From: Candidatus Methylomirabilota bacterium
GTDB lineage: Bacteria > Methylomirabilota > Methylomirabilia > Rokubacteriales > CSP1-6
NCBI GenBank assembly: GCA_046727415.1
Contig: JBKPCO010000068.1
Span: 1 to 60,036 of the forward strand
Direction of reading: 5' to 3'
Length of the DNA: 60,036 nucleotides
Shown: positions 1 to 9,167 of the stretch, in pieces
Position numbering within the stretch: position 1 is the first letter of the stretch
Layout: each line of letters opens with the position of its first letter
Notes under the pieces: generated by a model
Told to the model about the DNA's origin: nothing
Seen by the model: the letters and a program-made list of their open reading frames with translations, nothing else
Database searches by the model: none
Position numbers and translations under genes: made by a program

Positions 1-109
1 GTCTCGGTTCGCGGCAGCCTGTCTCAAACTGGTTGCCATCTTTGTCGCACCGCCCGGCTCTAGAGCTGGGTTCGCGACGTAAAGTACCGATCCCGCACAC
101 GTCGACTGC

Positions 110-125
110 TGGCACTTCCATTGCT
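110..125 (+). promoter_or_regulatory. sigma54 (-24/-12) promoter
   Basis: TGGCAC-TTCCA-TTGCT with exact GG-N10-GC spacing, ~60 nt upstream of the ATG at 184. Confidence 0.7.
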
Positions 126-183
126 CCGCAGCCCCACGCGCCCTCATTTCGCTCATCCAGCTAACTCGAAGAGGAGACTCCGC

Positions 184-2073
184 ATGAGCTCGAGAATTGC
201 GCTCCTGGCTCTGCTCCTGTCTCCCCTGCTCGCAAATCCAGCCGCAGCCCAGACGACGATCCACGTCCCGGCGGATCAACCAACCATCCAGGCGGGAATC
301 GGCGCAGCGGCGCCGGGCGACGTGGTGCTCGTCGCGCCCGGGACGTACTTCGAACGGATCAACTTCTCGGGCAAGGCGATCATCCTGACGAGTGAGGCCG
401 GCCCAGCCGGCACCATCATCGATGGAAGTGCTGGAGGCGCCGTCGTCACCTTCAACGCCGGCGAAGGGCGCGGCTCCGTCATCAGCGGATTCACCATCAC
501 CAACGGCGGCGGCTTCTCTGGCAGCGGCGTCGACGTGTCGAGCGCCTCGCCCGTCATCGACACCAACATCATCACGGCCAACCGAGGCTGCGACGGCGTC
601 GGCATCAACGTCAGCTTTGGTTCGCCGCTGATCACGAACAACCAGATCACCGGGAACATTCGGACCGGGTGCTCCGGCGGCGTCGGCGGTGCCGGCATCA
701 AGGTGAGCGGCGCAAGCGCGGCGGTGATCGAGTCGAACTTCATTGCCGACAATTCCCTGACTGGAGGAAGCGGCGGGGGCATCTCGCTCTTCGCGGCGGG
801 AGCCCCGGTCATTCGCAACAACCGGATCGTACGCAATAGCGTGTCGGGCCTCTCCCCCGCTGCCCAGGGCGGTGCCATCTATATCGTCAATCAGTCGGAC
901 GCGCTCATCGTTCAGAATCTGATCGTCGGCAACAGCGCAGGCGAGGGCGGCGGCATCTACTGGCTGGTCCCCTCGGGCTCCCGCGGCCCGCGCCTCCTCA
1001 ACAACACGATCGTCGACAATCAGGCCACCGTCGCCGGACAGGGGTCCGCCGTGTTCGCGGACGGCTTCGACGTCGACGCGGTGCTGGTCAATAACATCCT
1101 GGTGGCTCCGGCTGGGCAGACAGCGCTGCATTGCGGCAATTTCAACGATCCCAATCCCCCGGTGATCCAGTTCAACGACGTCTTCACACCCGGGGGCCCG
1201 GCCTACGGCGGCATCTGCGCCGACCAGACCGGCATCAATGGGAATATCTCAGCGGACCCGGCGTTCGTCGCCCAGCAGGGCAACGACTTTCACATTCAAC
1301 CCGGCTCACCCGTGGTTGACGCGGGCAACAGCATGGTGGCGGACCTGCCGGCGATGGACTTCGAGAACATCGGCAGAGCCCGCGTCATCGACGGCAACGG
1401 CGACGGCGTGGCGGTGGTCGACATGGGGGTTTACGAACTGCCGACCCCCACGCCGGCCAATCGCATGGCGATCGCGGACAGCATCATGGCTCCCAACTCG
1501 AAGAACCTCAACGACGGGATGAATGCTCTGCTCGTCGTCGACACGCATCGGACTGTCGTCGCCTTCGACCTGACCGGCGTCCCGATCACCGGGCTGCGCC
1601 GCGTCACGCTCCGGCTGACGCTGGCGGAGCCCGCGACCAGCTGGGGCGGCCAGGGCCGCCTGGTCTCGGTCCATCGCCTGGGGACGCCGTTTGCCGAGGG
1701 TAATGGGCAGTGGTTTGACCTTCCGGGCAGCAGCCGCACACGCGGCAACGGTCCAGGAGTCACCTGGAATTGCGCCGTCGACAGAGAGATCGCCAACACG
1801 GCGGCTGACTGTGGCGCGCCGTGGAACGGCGGCTCGACGGCGGCTGGCCCGGCCTCGGCCACTGCACTGCATACCAACGGCCTGACGGGCCCCGTTGAAT
1901 GGGACGTGACGGCAGATGTGGTTCAGGCTCTATCCGACAACGCGGCATCGATCCAGTGGCTCATCCGGCGCGCGGTGGAGGGCCAGGGCGGCCAAGCGCT
2001 TTACCATTCGAAGGAAGGCACGGCCACGCTGAGTAACCCGGATCTCGCGCCCACGCTACTGTTTGAATTCTAG
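184..2073 (+). CDS. secreted right-handed parallel beta-helix protein with choice-of-anchor-Q-like motif and C-terminal DNRLRE-like domain
   Basis: GAGGAG RBS, signal peptide ending AAA-QTT, repeated N-x-I-x-x-N/GGGI beta-helix units, DPAFV...DFHIQPGSPVVDAG...DMGVYE motif, C-terminal AFDLT...LRLT...WDVT...P-L domain. Confidence 0.75.
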   Translation: MSSRIALLALLLSPLLANPAAAQTTIHVPADQPTIQAGIGAAAPGDVVLVAPGTYFERINFSGKAIILTSEAGPAGTIIDGSAGGAVVTFNAGEGRGSVISGFTITNGGGFSGSGVDVSSASPVIDTNIITANRGCDGVGINVSFGSPLITNNQITGNIRTGCSGGVGGAGIKVSGASAAVIESNFIADNSLTGGSGGGISLFAAGAPVIRNNRIVRNSVSGLSPAAQGGAIYIVNQSDALIVQNLIVGNSAGEGGGIYWLVPSGSRGPRLLNNTIVDNQATVAGQGSAVFADGFDVDAVLVNNILVAPAGQTALHCGNFNDPNPPVIQFNDVFTPGGPAYGGICADQTGINGNISADPAFVAQQGNDFHIQPGSPVVDAGNSMVADLPAMDFENIGRARVIDGNGDGVAVVDMGVYELPTPTPANRMAIADSIMAPNSKNLNDGMNALLVVDTHRTVVAFDLTGVPITGLRRVTLRLTLAEPATSWGGQGRLVSVHRLGTPFAEGNGQWFDLPGSSRTRGNGPGVTWNCAVDREIANTAADCGAPWNGGSTAAGPASATALHTNGLTGPVEWDVTADVVQALSDNAASIQWLIRRAVEGQGGQALYHSKEGTATLSNPDLAPTLLFEF

Positions 2074-2080
2074 TCGCAGC

Positions 2081-2128
2081 GACCCCGACTCGGAGGGACG
2101 GCTCTGTCGCCTCCTCCGAGTCGCGGTC
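2081..2128. terminator. GC-rich hairpin between convergent genes
   Basis: GACCCCGACTCGGAGG / CCTCCGAGTCGCGGTC inverted repeat (15/16). Confidence 0.55.
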
Positions 2129-2134
2129 CACTCT

Positions 2135-3136
2135 TCAGGCGAGCCGGATCACGTAGAGCATGCTGCCGCTGTCCTTGCTGGAGAGAAATCCGTCGGGACT
2201 CGACACGGTATCAGCCAGCGGCTCGGAGCTCTGTCGCACGGTCCGGTGCGCACGGAACGGCGCGAAGTGGACCCGCGTGGCCCCGAGCGCCTCGCACGCC
2301 GCTCCCGTCCACTGATTGGTCGCCTCGATCAGCATGAAGGCGTAGCGCAGCGCCTGGTAGCGCGCGGCGGTCGCGGCCACCAACTCGAAAACGTCCTCCT
2401 TCCCAAGCGCGTCGGACCGCGCCACCATGAAGTGGTGGCCGACCTCCCCCGCGGCGTGGGCGCCCCGAAACTCCGGGTACGCGATCGAGAGCGCCTTGAT
2501 CGACTCCGCGTCCTGAGCCCCGAGCAAGGCGAACACCGGCTCCACGAACGCTAGGACGGCATCGAGAAACGGGTCGCCGTGGCGGAAGCTCGGCGGGTCG
2601 CCGAGTGGCGGCATCGGCTCGTTGATCGCGCCGCCGATCACATCGCCGGTGTCATCGAGGATGGCGAGCGACTGGCTCAGCGCCTCGTCGTTGACCGCGA
2701 TGGCAGAACGAGGACTCGTAGCGTCCGTGAGCACGAGCAGGCGGATGAACCAGTACAGGAGGTTCTCCCGGCTCCAGGGGCCGAACGCGGATCTGCCGAA
2801 CGGATCGATGTGAACTGCCTCTCGCAGCCCTTGCGGCAGAAATTTCGCGGGCTGGAGGTGCCTGCACTGTGGCTCGCGATGCGCGAACGATATCCCCACC
2901 ACTTCCGCCAATCGCATGACCTGAGCCGCCGTCAGCCGCGACGCGGGCACCGCGGTGTACCTGCGGCTGCGATGGGGCCGCGCACGCTCGAAATCGACGA
3001 GCGGCAGTATCGCCGGCAACGGCTGCACCCCGTGCTCAGCGACTTCTTCGGCGCTCGGATAGCGACAGAAGGACAACGGCCGCGGGACGCCCATGGCCGG
3101 CTTGCCCTTGAGTAGATTTCGATCTTTCATGACCAC
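2135..3136 (-). CDS. hypothetical protein, possibly GNAT-fold (AANAT-like)
   Basis: 333-aa ORF with AAGGAG RBS (GTG 3136 or ATG 3130); C-terminal IEATNQWTGAACEALGATRV resembles GNAT motif B. Confidence 0.55.
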   Translation of the reverse strand: MVMKDRNLLKGKPAMGVPRPLSFCRYPSAEEVAEHGVQPLPAILPLVDFERARPHRSRRYTAVPASRLTAAQVMRLAEVVGISFAHREPQCRHLQPAKFLPQGLREAVHIDPFGRSAFGPWSRENLLYWFIRLLVLTDATSPRSAIAVNDEALSQSLAILDDTGDVIGGAINEPMPPLGDPPSFRHGDPFLDAVLAFVEPVFALLGAQDAESIKALSIAYPEFRGAHAAGEVGHHFMVARSDALGKEDVFELVAATAARYQALRYAFMLIEATNQWTGAACEALGATRVHFAPFRAHRTVRQSSEPLADTVSSPDGFLSSKDSGSMLYVIRLA

Positions 3137-3178
3137 GTTCTCCTTCTGAACGGTCGTTCATACTTGAGGACTTGGCGG

Positions 3179-3194
3179 AGCATCCGCAGTGCCA
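3179..3194 (-). promoter_or_regulatory. sigma54 (-24/-12) promoter
   Basis: minus strand TGGCAC-TGCGG-ATGCT, GG-N10-GC, ~45 nt upstream of the 3136 start. Confidence 0.6.
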
Positions 3195-3341
3195 AGGGTG
3201 GAACGAGCAAAACCCATGGAATTTTTGTGTCTTTCGCAGACGGGGCCCCGGAAGGGTCGGGCGGCCTCATCGGGCAAGGCTCCGCAACGTTCGGGCGACG
3301 TGCCGTGTGAGCTCTGCTACGATCCTGCGATCAAGGGGCAT

Positions 3342-4949
3342 ATGAAGAGCCCGGATAGCGGCTCGGCGGCGGAAAAGCTGTGGTGGTTCCGAGATGCCCG
3401 GGACCCACTGCCGCCCCCACCTTCCCGTCGCTTGCGATGGCCTCACCGGCGCCACACGCTCGACGCCATCGCCTGTCTATCGCTGTCGACGCTCTGCTTC
3501 AGCCAGGCGCGCAGCGAGATACTGTTCCGGCCCGGCTGGGATTTTTACAACCTGACGCCGCTCCAGACGTCCTCGCTCGCGGCATTCGTGCTGAACTTCG
3601 TCGGGCTCGCGGCCGTCGGCTTCGTGGCTGTGCAATGGATTCGACGTCTCCGGCGACCGCTGTGGCAGCGTCTCGCTGCCGGAGCCGCCGCGGCGACGCT
3701 CCTCGCCTCCTTGAACTTCGCGCGCGTCACACACGAAACGGTCAGCCGCTGGACGGACGTCATCGGCCGGCCCGGTCTGCTGGTCCTGGTCGTGCTGATG
3801 CTCGCCGCGTCGCTGGGCTGGCCACGACCGGCCCTGCGTCTGATGCGCGGCCTCGCGCTGGTCACCTCACCGCTGGCGATCGTCACGACGGCCCTTGCCT
3901 CGTGGATGTTTCTCGAGCTGGCGGCGGGACCGACGTGGCGCTGGGTCGACCCGGCGCCGCTCAAGCGGACGCCGCCGAGTCTCCGGCGCGTCGTCTGGCT
4001 CGTGTTCGAAGAGCTCGACCAGCGCATCGCGTTCGAGGCACGACCGCCTGGTCTCGGGCTGCCGGAGCTCGATCGGCTGCGGCGCGAGTCGCTCTACGCC
4101 GATGCCGCGCGTCCGCCGGCGGGCACCACCGAGGTGGCGATCCCCGCGCTCATCATCGGGCGCCCGGTCGTCGCGGTTGCGCCGATGAATCCCAGGGATC
4201 TCGAGCTCACGTTCAAGGACGGCAAGAAAGCGCAATGGAGCGCTCAGCCGACCGTGTTCGCGAGCGCCCGGACGCTCGGCTACGACACGGCGTTAATCGG
4301 ATGGCACCTGCCATATCCGCGGGTCCTCGGCGCTGCGCTCGGGCTCGCGCACTGGAGACCATCCGTCGACCACGAACAGGCGCGCGGCCATACGTTCAGT
4401 GAGGCGTTCGGGAACCAGTGGGCGAGCCTCGCGCCCCCGGTGAATCGCCGCCGCCTGCTGTCAGGGAGGGTTGCCGAGCTCGCCGACCTGGCGATCCGCA
4501 CCGCGGTCGACGACCGCTTCGGGCTCGTCTTTCTTCACCTGCCGATTCCTCAGCCGCCGGGAGTCTACGATCGGGCCACGGAACGTCTCACAGCGTGGAA
4601 CTTCAGCCACGAGGGTGGGGGCTATTTCGACAACCTGGCCCTCGCCGATCGGATCGTCGGCGAGCTTCGGCGCGGGCTCGATCGCGCGCGCCTCGGCGAC
4701 GTCACGTGGATCGTGGTGAGCTCCACTCGGTCCTGGCGCGGGTCGAAACAGTACGACGGGCAGACCGACCCGCGCGTGCCATTCCTCGTGCAGCCGCCTC
4801 TCGGCGGCCCCACGAGGCACGTGGACGCCCCGTTCAGCACGCTGGCCACACACGATCTGGTGCTGGCGATCCTGCGCGGCTCAGTGAGCGACACGACCGA
4901 CACCGCTGTCTGGCTCTCTCGCCATGCTGCGGCATCACAGAGGGATTAA
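3342..4949 (+). CDS. membrane protein with sulfatase/alkaline-phosphatase superfamily domain
   Basis: ~5 N-terminal TM segments, then VVWLVFEELD, GTTEVAIPAL, FLHLPIPQPP, YFDNLALADR and DPRVPFLV motifs. Confidence 0.7.
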   Translation: MKSPDSGSAAEKLWWFRDARDPLPPPPSRRLRWPHRRHTLDAIACLSLSTLCFSQARSEILFRPGWDFYNLTPLQTSSLAAFVLNFVGLAAVGFVAVQWIRRLRRPLWQRLAAGAAAATLLASLNFARVTHETVSRWTDVIGRPGLLVLVVLMLAASLGWPRPALRLMRGLALVTSPLAIVTTALASWMFLELAAGPTWRWVDPAPLKRTPPSLRRVVWLVFEELDQRIAFEARPPGLGLPELDRLRRESLYADAARPPAGTTEVAIPALIIGRPVVAVAPMNPRDLELTFKDGKKAQWSAQPTVFASARTLGYDTALIGWHLPYPRVLGAALGLAHWRPSVDHEQARGHTFSEAFGNQWASLAPPVNRRRLLSGRVAELADLAIRTAVDDRFGLVFLHLPIPQPPGVYDRATERLTAWNFSHEGGGYFDNLALADRIVGELRRGLDRARLGDVTWIVVSSTRSWRGSKQYDGQTDPRVPFLVQPPLGGPTRHVDAPFSTLATHDLVLAILRGSVSDTTDTAVWLSRHAAASQRD

Positions 4950-4975
4950 GATCCGGCGCCCCATGAGAGGATGCG

Positions 4976-5887
4976 ATGAGACTCACCGTTGCTGACGCGA
5001 TCTCCCCTTCCTACTTCGTGGCCATCGCCGCCATCGAGCTCGGATTCTTCCGGCAGGAAGGCGTCGATATGGAGTTCGTCTTCTCGCCGCCGAATCCGTC
5101 GCAGGCGCTGAAGGACGGGACAGTCGACTTCTTCGGGGGCTCCCCCTTCACCGGGCTGCGCGCCTTCCCCGGCTGGCGGGGCGGTGCCCTCCTGTGCGCC
5201 CTCGCCCACTACAACTACTGGTTTCTGGCGGTCCGGGCCGACATCAAGTGCGAGCGCGGAGACGTCGGCGCGGTGAAAGGCCTGCGCCTGAGCGCGTCGG
5301 CCGACCCCGGCCTGACGATGAAGCGGTTACTGGAGGAAGCGGGGATCGATCTGCAGCGAGACAACGTCCGGATCGTTCCCAGTCCCCGGCGCACCAGTCC
5401 CAACTGGGCCTGGGATGGCGTGGACGCCATCGAGCAGGGCGTCTCGGATGGCTACTGGGGCAACGGCCTCCGGGCCGACCTCGGCGTGAAGCGCGGTATC
5501 GCCAAGATCTTGCTCGATGTGCGCCGCGGTGACGGACCGCCCTCGGCACGCCACTGGACCTTCCCGGCGCTGGCGACCACGGAGCGACTCGTCAAGGAGC
5601 ATCCAGACGTGGCCGCCGGGGCGGTGCGGGCCATCGTCAAGACGCAGCAGGCACTGCGAGCCAATCCGCAGCTGGCCGTGAAGGCCGCGCAACGCCTGTT
5701 TCCTGCCGAGGAGGCGAGCCTCATCGCGTTCGAGGTGGCGCGTGATGCTCCCTTCTACGATCCCACCATTACCGAAGAGATGGTCGCTCACATCAGCCGG
5801 TTCGCCCGCGAGATCGGCGCCCTGGAAGGCGAAGTCAGGTACGACGAGCTGGTCGCGACCCGGTTTGCCGGTCTCTGGAAGGGATAG
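4976..5887 (+). CDS. ABC transporter substrate-binding protein (SsuA/NMT1-THI5 type)
   Basis: AIELGFFRQEGVDMEF and ALKDGTVDF motifs; no adjacent permease or ATPase. Confidence 0.8.
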   Translation: MRLTVADAISPSYFVAIAAIELGFFRQEGVDMEFVFSPPNPSQALKDGTVDFFGGSPFTGLRAFPGWRGGALLCALAHYNYWFLAVRADIKCERGDVGAVKGLRLSASADPGLTMKRLLEEAGIDLQRDNVRIVPSPRRTSPNWAWDGVDAIEQGVSDGYWGNGLRADLGVKRGIAKILLDVRRGDGPPSARHWTFPALATTERLVKEHPDVAAGAVRAIVKTQQALRANPQLAVKAAQRLFPAEEASLIAFEVARDAPFYDPTITEEMVAHISRFAREIGALEGEVRYDELVATRFAGLWKG

Positions 5888-5926
5888 GGCGCGAACCCAG
5901 CCCCGCGATCGGGAAAAGAGAGGACG

Positions 5927-6493
5927 ATGAGTCCTCCCTCCGATGCGGAGGTGGTCGGCCGCTCGCTGGCCGAGCCCGAGGCCTTCGGGCTGATCTACGA
6001 CCGCCACGCGACCACCCTGCTGCGCTTCCTGGGTCGCCGCGCGGGCGCCGGGGTCGCCGAGGGGCTCGTCGGCGAGCTGTTCCGGATCGCGTTCGAGCGG
6101 CGCAAGGCGTTCGACGGCTCGCGCGCGAGCGCACTCCCGTGGCTGTACGGGATCGGCGCCAATCTCTTGCTGAAACACCGGCGCGCCGAGGCCCGGCGGC
6201 TCCGCGCCAGCGCGCGGATCGCCGCGAGCCTCGAGGTACCGGATAGGCGCGCGGGCGCGACGGCCCTCGACGCGCGCCTGCTGTTCCCGCGCGTCGCCGA
6301 CGCCATCGAGGCCTTGCCGGACGACGAGCGGGAGACGCTCCTGCTCTTCGCCTGGGAGGATCTTCCGTACCAGAGCATCGCCGAGGCGCTCGAGCTGCCG
6401 ATCGGCACGGTGCGCTCACGACTCAACCGCGCCCGCGCGCGCCTGCGCGAACTGCTCGAGCCGAAGGGGAAAGACAGGGTGAGGTCGCGATGA
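5927..6493 (+). CDS. ECF RNA polymerase sigma-70 factor
   Basis: region 2 (AFGLIYDRH...PWLYGIGANL) and region 4 (YQSIAEALELPIGTVRSRLNRAR). Confidence 0.93.
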   Translation: MSPPSDAEVVGRSLAEPEAFGLIYDRHATTLLRFLGRRAGAGVAEGLVGELFRIAFERRKAFDGSRASALPWLYGIGANLLLKHRRAEARRLRASARIAASLEVPDRRAGATALDARLLFPRVADAIEALPDDERETLLLFAWEDLPYQSIAEALELPIGTVRSRLNRARARLRELLEPKGKDRVRSR

Positions 6494-7029
6494 AGCCGGT
6501 GGACCTGGCGAAGAAGCTCCGGCGCGACGCCGTGTTCGAGGCGGCGGCGCTCGACCGAGGAAAGGCGGAACTCATGGCGGCAATCCGACAAGAAGGCGAG
6601 CGACGGATCCGGCCGACGATCGTTCCCCAGGTCCCGTATGCGAATATCGGTGCCGCGCTCTCGTTCCTGGAGCGCGCGTTCGGGTTTCGCGAGCTCCTGA
6701 GCTCCCGGCTCGAGGGCGCGCACGGCGTGATCCATCACGCCAACGTCGAGTTCGGCGACGGGGTGATCGGGATCGGTACGCAGGGCGCGCATGGCGCGAT
6801 CAGCCCGCAGAGTGCCGGCGTCGCGAGCCAGTACATCAGCGTGGCCGTCGCCGACGTCGACGCGCACTACCAGCGAGCGCTCGCCGCGGGGGCACGGATC
6901 GCCGACGAGCCGCACGACGAATCCGCGGGCGTTCGCGCTTACGAGGCGCTCGACCTCGAGGGCCACCGCTGGCGCTTTCTCCAGGGGGCGCGCGAGATGC
7001 CCCGGTATGAGCGGCGGGGGCGGCCGTGA
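6490..7029 (+). CDS. VOC/glyoxalase family protein with N-terminal helical extension
   Basis: AALSFLERAFGF, VADVDAHYQRALAAGA, DLEGHRWRF; ATGA overlap with the sigma gene. Confidence 0.85.
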   Translation: MKPVDLAKKLRRDAVFEAAALDRGKAELMAAIRQEGERRIRPTIVPQVPYANIGAALSFLERAFGFRELLSSRLEGAHGVIHHANVEFGDGVIGIGTQGAHGAISPQSAGVASQYISVAVADVDAHYQRALAAGARIADEPHDESAGVRAYEALDLEGHRWRFLQGAREMPRYERRGRP

Positions 7030-8225
7030 ACAAGAACGTCAGGCTCCTCTACGGCTTCTCGTTCTTCGATCCGTTCATGATCGTGATCCCCGTGTGGGTG
7101 CCCTATCTGGCGACGCAGGGAATCACGATGCGGCAGTTCATGGAGCTGCAAGCCGTGTTCGCGATCGTGATCCTCTGCGGCGAAGTGCCTTCGGGGTTGC
7201 TGTCGGACCTGTGGGGAAGGAAGAAGACGCTGCTGCTGGGCTCGACGCTCAAGGCGGTCAGCTTTTCGCTCCTGCCGCTGTGGAGCAATTACGAAGGGTT
7301 CCTCTGCTACCACCTGACGATGGGGATCGCGCTCAGCATGATTTCCGGCGGCGATGTGGCGCTCCTCTATGAGTGGCATCTCGCGGCCGGCGGCGAGAGG
7401 TCTCGGGGCACGGCTGTCCTCGGAAACATGAAGCTCGCGGGACAGACCGGGGCGGCGGCCAGCGCGCTGCTGGGCGGCGCGGTGGTCACGCTCTCCTATG
7501 GGCATCTCTTGTGGGCGAACGCGATCCTGAGCTGGATCCCGATGCTGCTGGTGCTGGGCGTCACCGAGCCGCCTGCCGCGCTGGCGGAGGGAAAGAAACG
7601 GAAACGCTCCGAAGACCTCAAGGAGATTCTGTCCACCACCCTGGGAAGGGACGGCGCGACGCGGTTCGCATTCTTCAATCTGATCGCGTCGGGGGCCGCC
7701 GGGCTCGTGATGGTCTGGACGCATCAGAAATACTGGCAGGACAGTGGCCTCCCCCTGGCCTATTTCGGCGTGCTGTTCGCGAGCTACAACCTGATCTTCG
7801 GCTTCGCAGGGAGAGCCGCCGCGCTCGCGACCACGAGATATGGCCAGCGAACCGTGTTTACCGCGGTCGGCGTCTTGCCCGTCATCGCGTGTCTCGGGAT
7901 GGCGTCGTTCTCGGGTTGGGGCGGGATATTGCTCGGGACCCTGGGCCAGATTGGTCGGGGCCTGGGCTCCGTGGTCTTTCTGAATACGCTGAACGAGAAG
8001 ATTTCGTCCGCGTTCCGAGCGACCGTGATCTCGATGGCGCAAATGGGGACTCGCGCATCTTTCGCGCTCCTGGGGCCAATCGTCGGCTACGGGATCGACG
8101 CCTGGGGATTGCAGTCCATCCTGTCGGCGCTGGGCGTGCTCTTCGCGATCGCCTTCGTGTTACTGCTGCTGCCGCTGGTGCTGCGCGAGCCGCGCCTGCG
8201 CCCGGCTGGCGCGTCGAGCGTGTGA
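7026..8225 (+). CDS. MFS transporter
   Basis: EVPSGLLSDLWGRKKTLLLG motif A, ~12 hydrophobic segments; GTGA overlap. Confidence 0.9.
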   Translation: MNKNVRLLYGFSFFDPFMIVIPVWVPYLATQGITMRQFMELQAVFAIVILCGEVPSGLLSDLWGRKKTLLLGSTLKAVSFSLLPLWSNYEGFLCYHLTMGIALSMISGGDVALLYEWHLAAGGERSRGTAVLGNMKLAGQTGAAASALLGGAVVTLSYGHLLWANAILSWIPMLLVLGVTEPPAALAEGKKRKRSEDLKEILSTTLGRDGATRFAFFNLIASGAAGLVMVWTHQKYWQDSGLPLAYFGVLFASYNLIFGFAGRAAALATTRYGQRTVFTAVGVLPVIACLGMASFSGWGGILLGTLGQIGRGLGSVVFLNTLNEKISSAFRATVISMAQMGTRASFALLGPIVGYGIDAWGLQSILSALGVLFAIAFVLLLLPLVLREPRLRPAGASSV

Positions 8226-8283
8226 CCCGCGCCTTCCGGCCCTTGCGCCTTCCACGGTCGCGCCCCGGTGCACCCCACGACGC

Positions 8284-9042
8284 TCAGCGCCTGTCGTACT
8301 CGTCGTGGCGACGCCACCAGACGCCCGTCTCGTTGCGCCCCTTGGGGGCACGGTCGAGCCACTGGTACATGCCCCAGAGGCCATCCACTCCGCGCGCGTA
8401 GGTCGAATAGGTGCGGTAGACGACGCCGTCCTCGAGCGCGAACGCGCTCATGCCAGGCCTCTCGCGCGAGTATGTGGCCTCGTCGGTTCCGCTCATGCGC
8501 GCGAAGACGTTCTCGTCGCCACTCTCCGAGCTCGCGTGCCACGCCGACTCGCGCCGGTAGTTGTATTCGATGCCCGCGCGCTGCTGCTCCTCGGTGAACC
8601 GCACGTTGAAGTCGGCGTTGAATTCCGTGCTGTCCGAGGACGCCCAGGGAAACGTCCAGCCCAGCCGCCGCTTGTAGGCCTGCAGCTTCGCGAGCGGCGC
8701 CCGCGAGACCGCCCACAGCATCACGTCGTGATTGGCCAGGTGCACGGCGAACCCGTTGAAGCCATCCGCGATCGCCGAGCAGGACGGGCACCCGGCGGTG
8801 TAGTCCGGCCCGAACATGAAGTGATAGACCAGGAGCTGCGATCGCCCCCGAAAGAGGTCCGCCAGCGACGCGTTCCCCTCGTCGGTGTCGAATCGATACT
8901 TCTTGTCGATTCGGACCCACGGCAGCTCTTGCCGCCGTCGCGCCAGCTCGTCGCCGCGCCGCGTGTGCTCCTTCTCCGCTTCGAGCAGCGCGAGCCGCGC
9001 TGCCAGCCATTCCTGCTGCGTTCCCACTTTGTGCTGCGTCAT
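8284..9042 (-). CDS. DUF899 family thioredoxin-like protein
   Basis: LFRGRSQLLVYHFMFGPDY...GCPSCS, VSRAPL, C-terminal WWRRHDEY; AAGGAG RBS. Confidence 0.9.
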   Translation of the reverse strand: MTQHKVGTQQEWLAARLALLEAEKEHTRRGDELARRRQELPWVRIDKKYRFDTDEGNASLADLFRGRSQLLVYHFMFGPDYTAGCPSCSAIADGFNGFAVHLANHDVMLWAVSRAPLAKLQAYKRRLGWTFPWASSDSTEFNADFNVRFTEEQQRAGIEYNYRRESAWHASSESGDENVFARMSGTDEATYSRERPGMSAFALEDGVVYRTYSTYARGVDGLWGMYQWLDRAPKGRNETGVWWRRHDEYDRR

Positions 9043-9117
9043 CGCTCAAGTCTCCTTCCTTCGCGTGTCTAGTGGTTTCTCGGTACGACCCGGGTGAATG
9101 CTGCCCACGCGCTAGAC

Positions 9118-9159
9118 TTACCCCCGGGTGTCGAGACGATGGGAGTGACAAGTCTGGCG
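9118..9159 (-). promoter_or_regulatory. conserved promoter/operator motif (TTGTCACTCCC-N20-TAAGTC), copy A
   Basis: 34/42 identical to 52980-53020; lies between the divergent DUF899 and HTH genes. Confidence 0.6.
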
Positions 9160-9167
9160 GGATTCCG

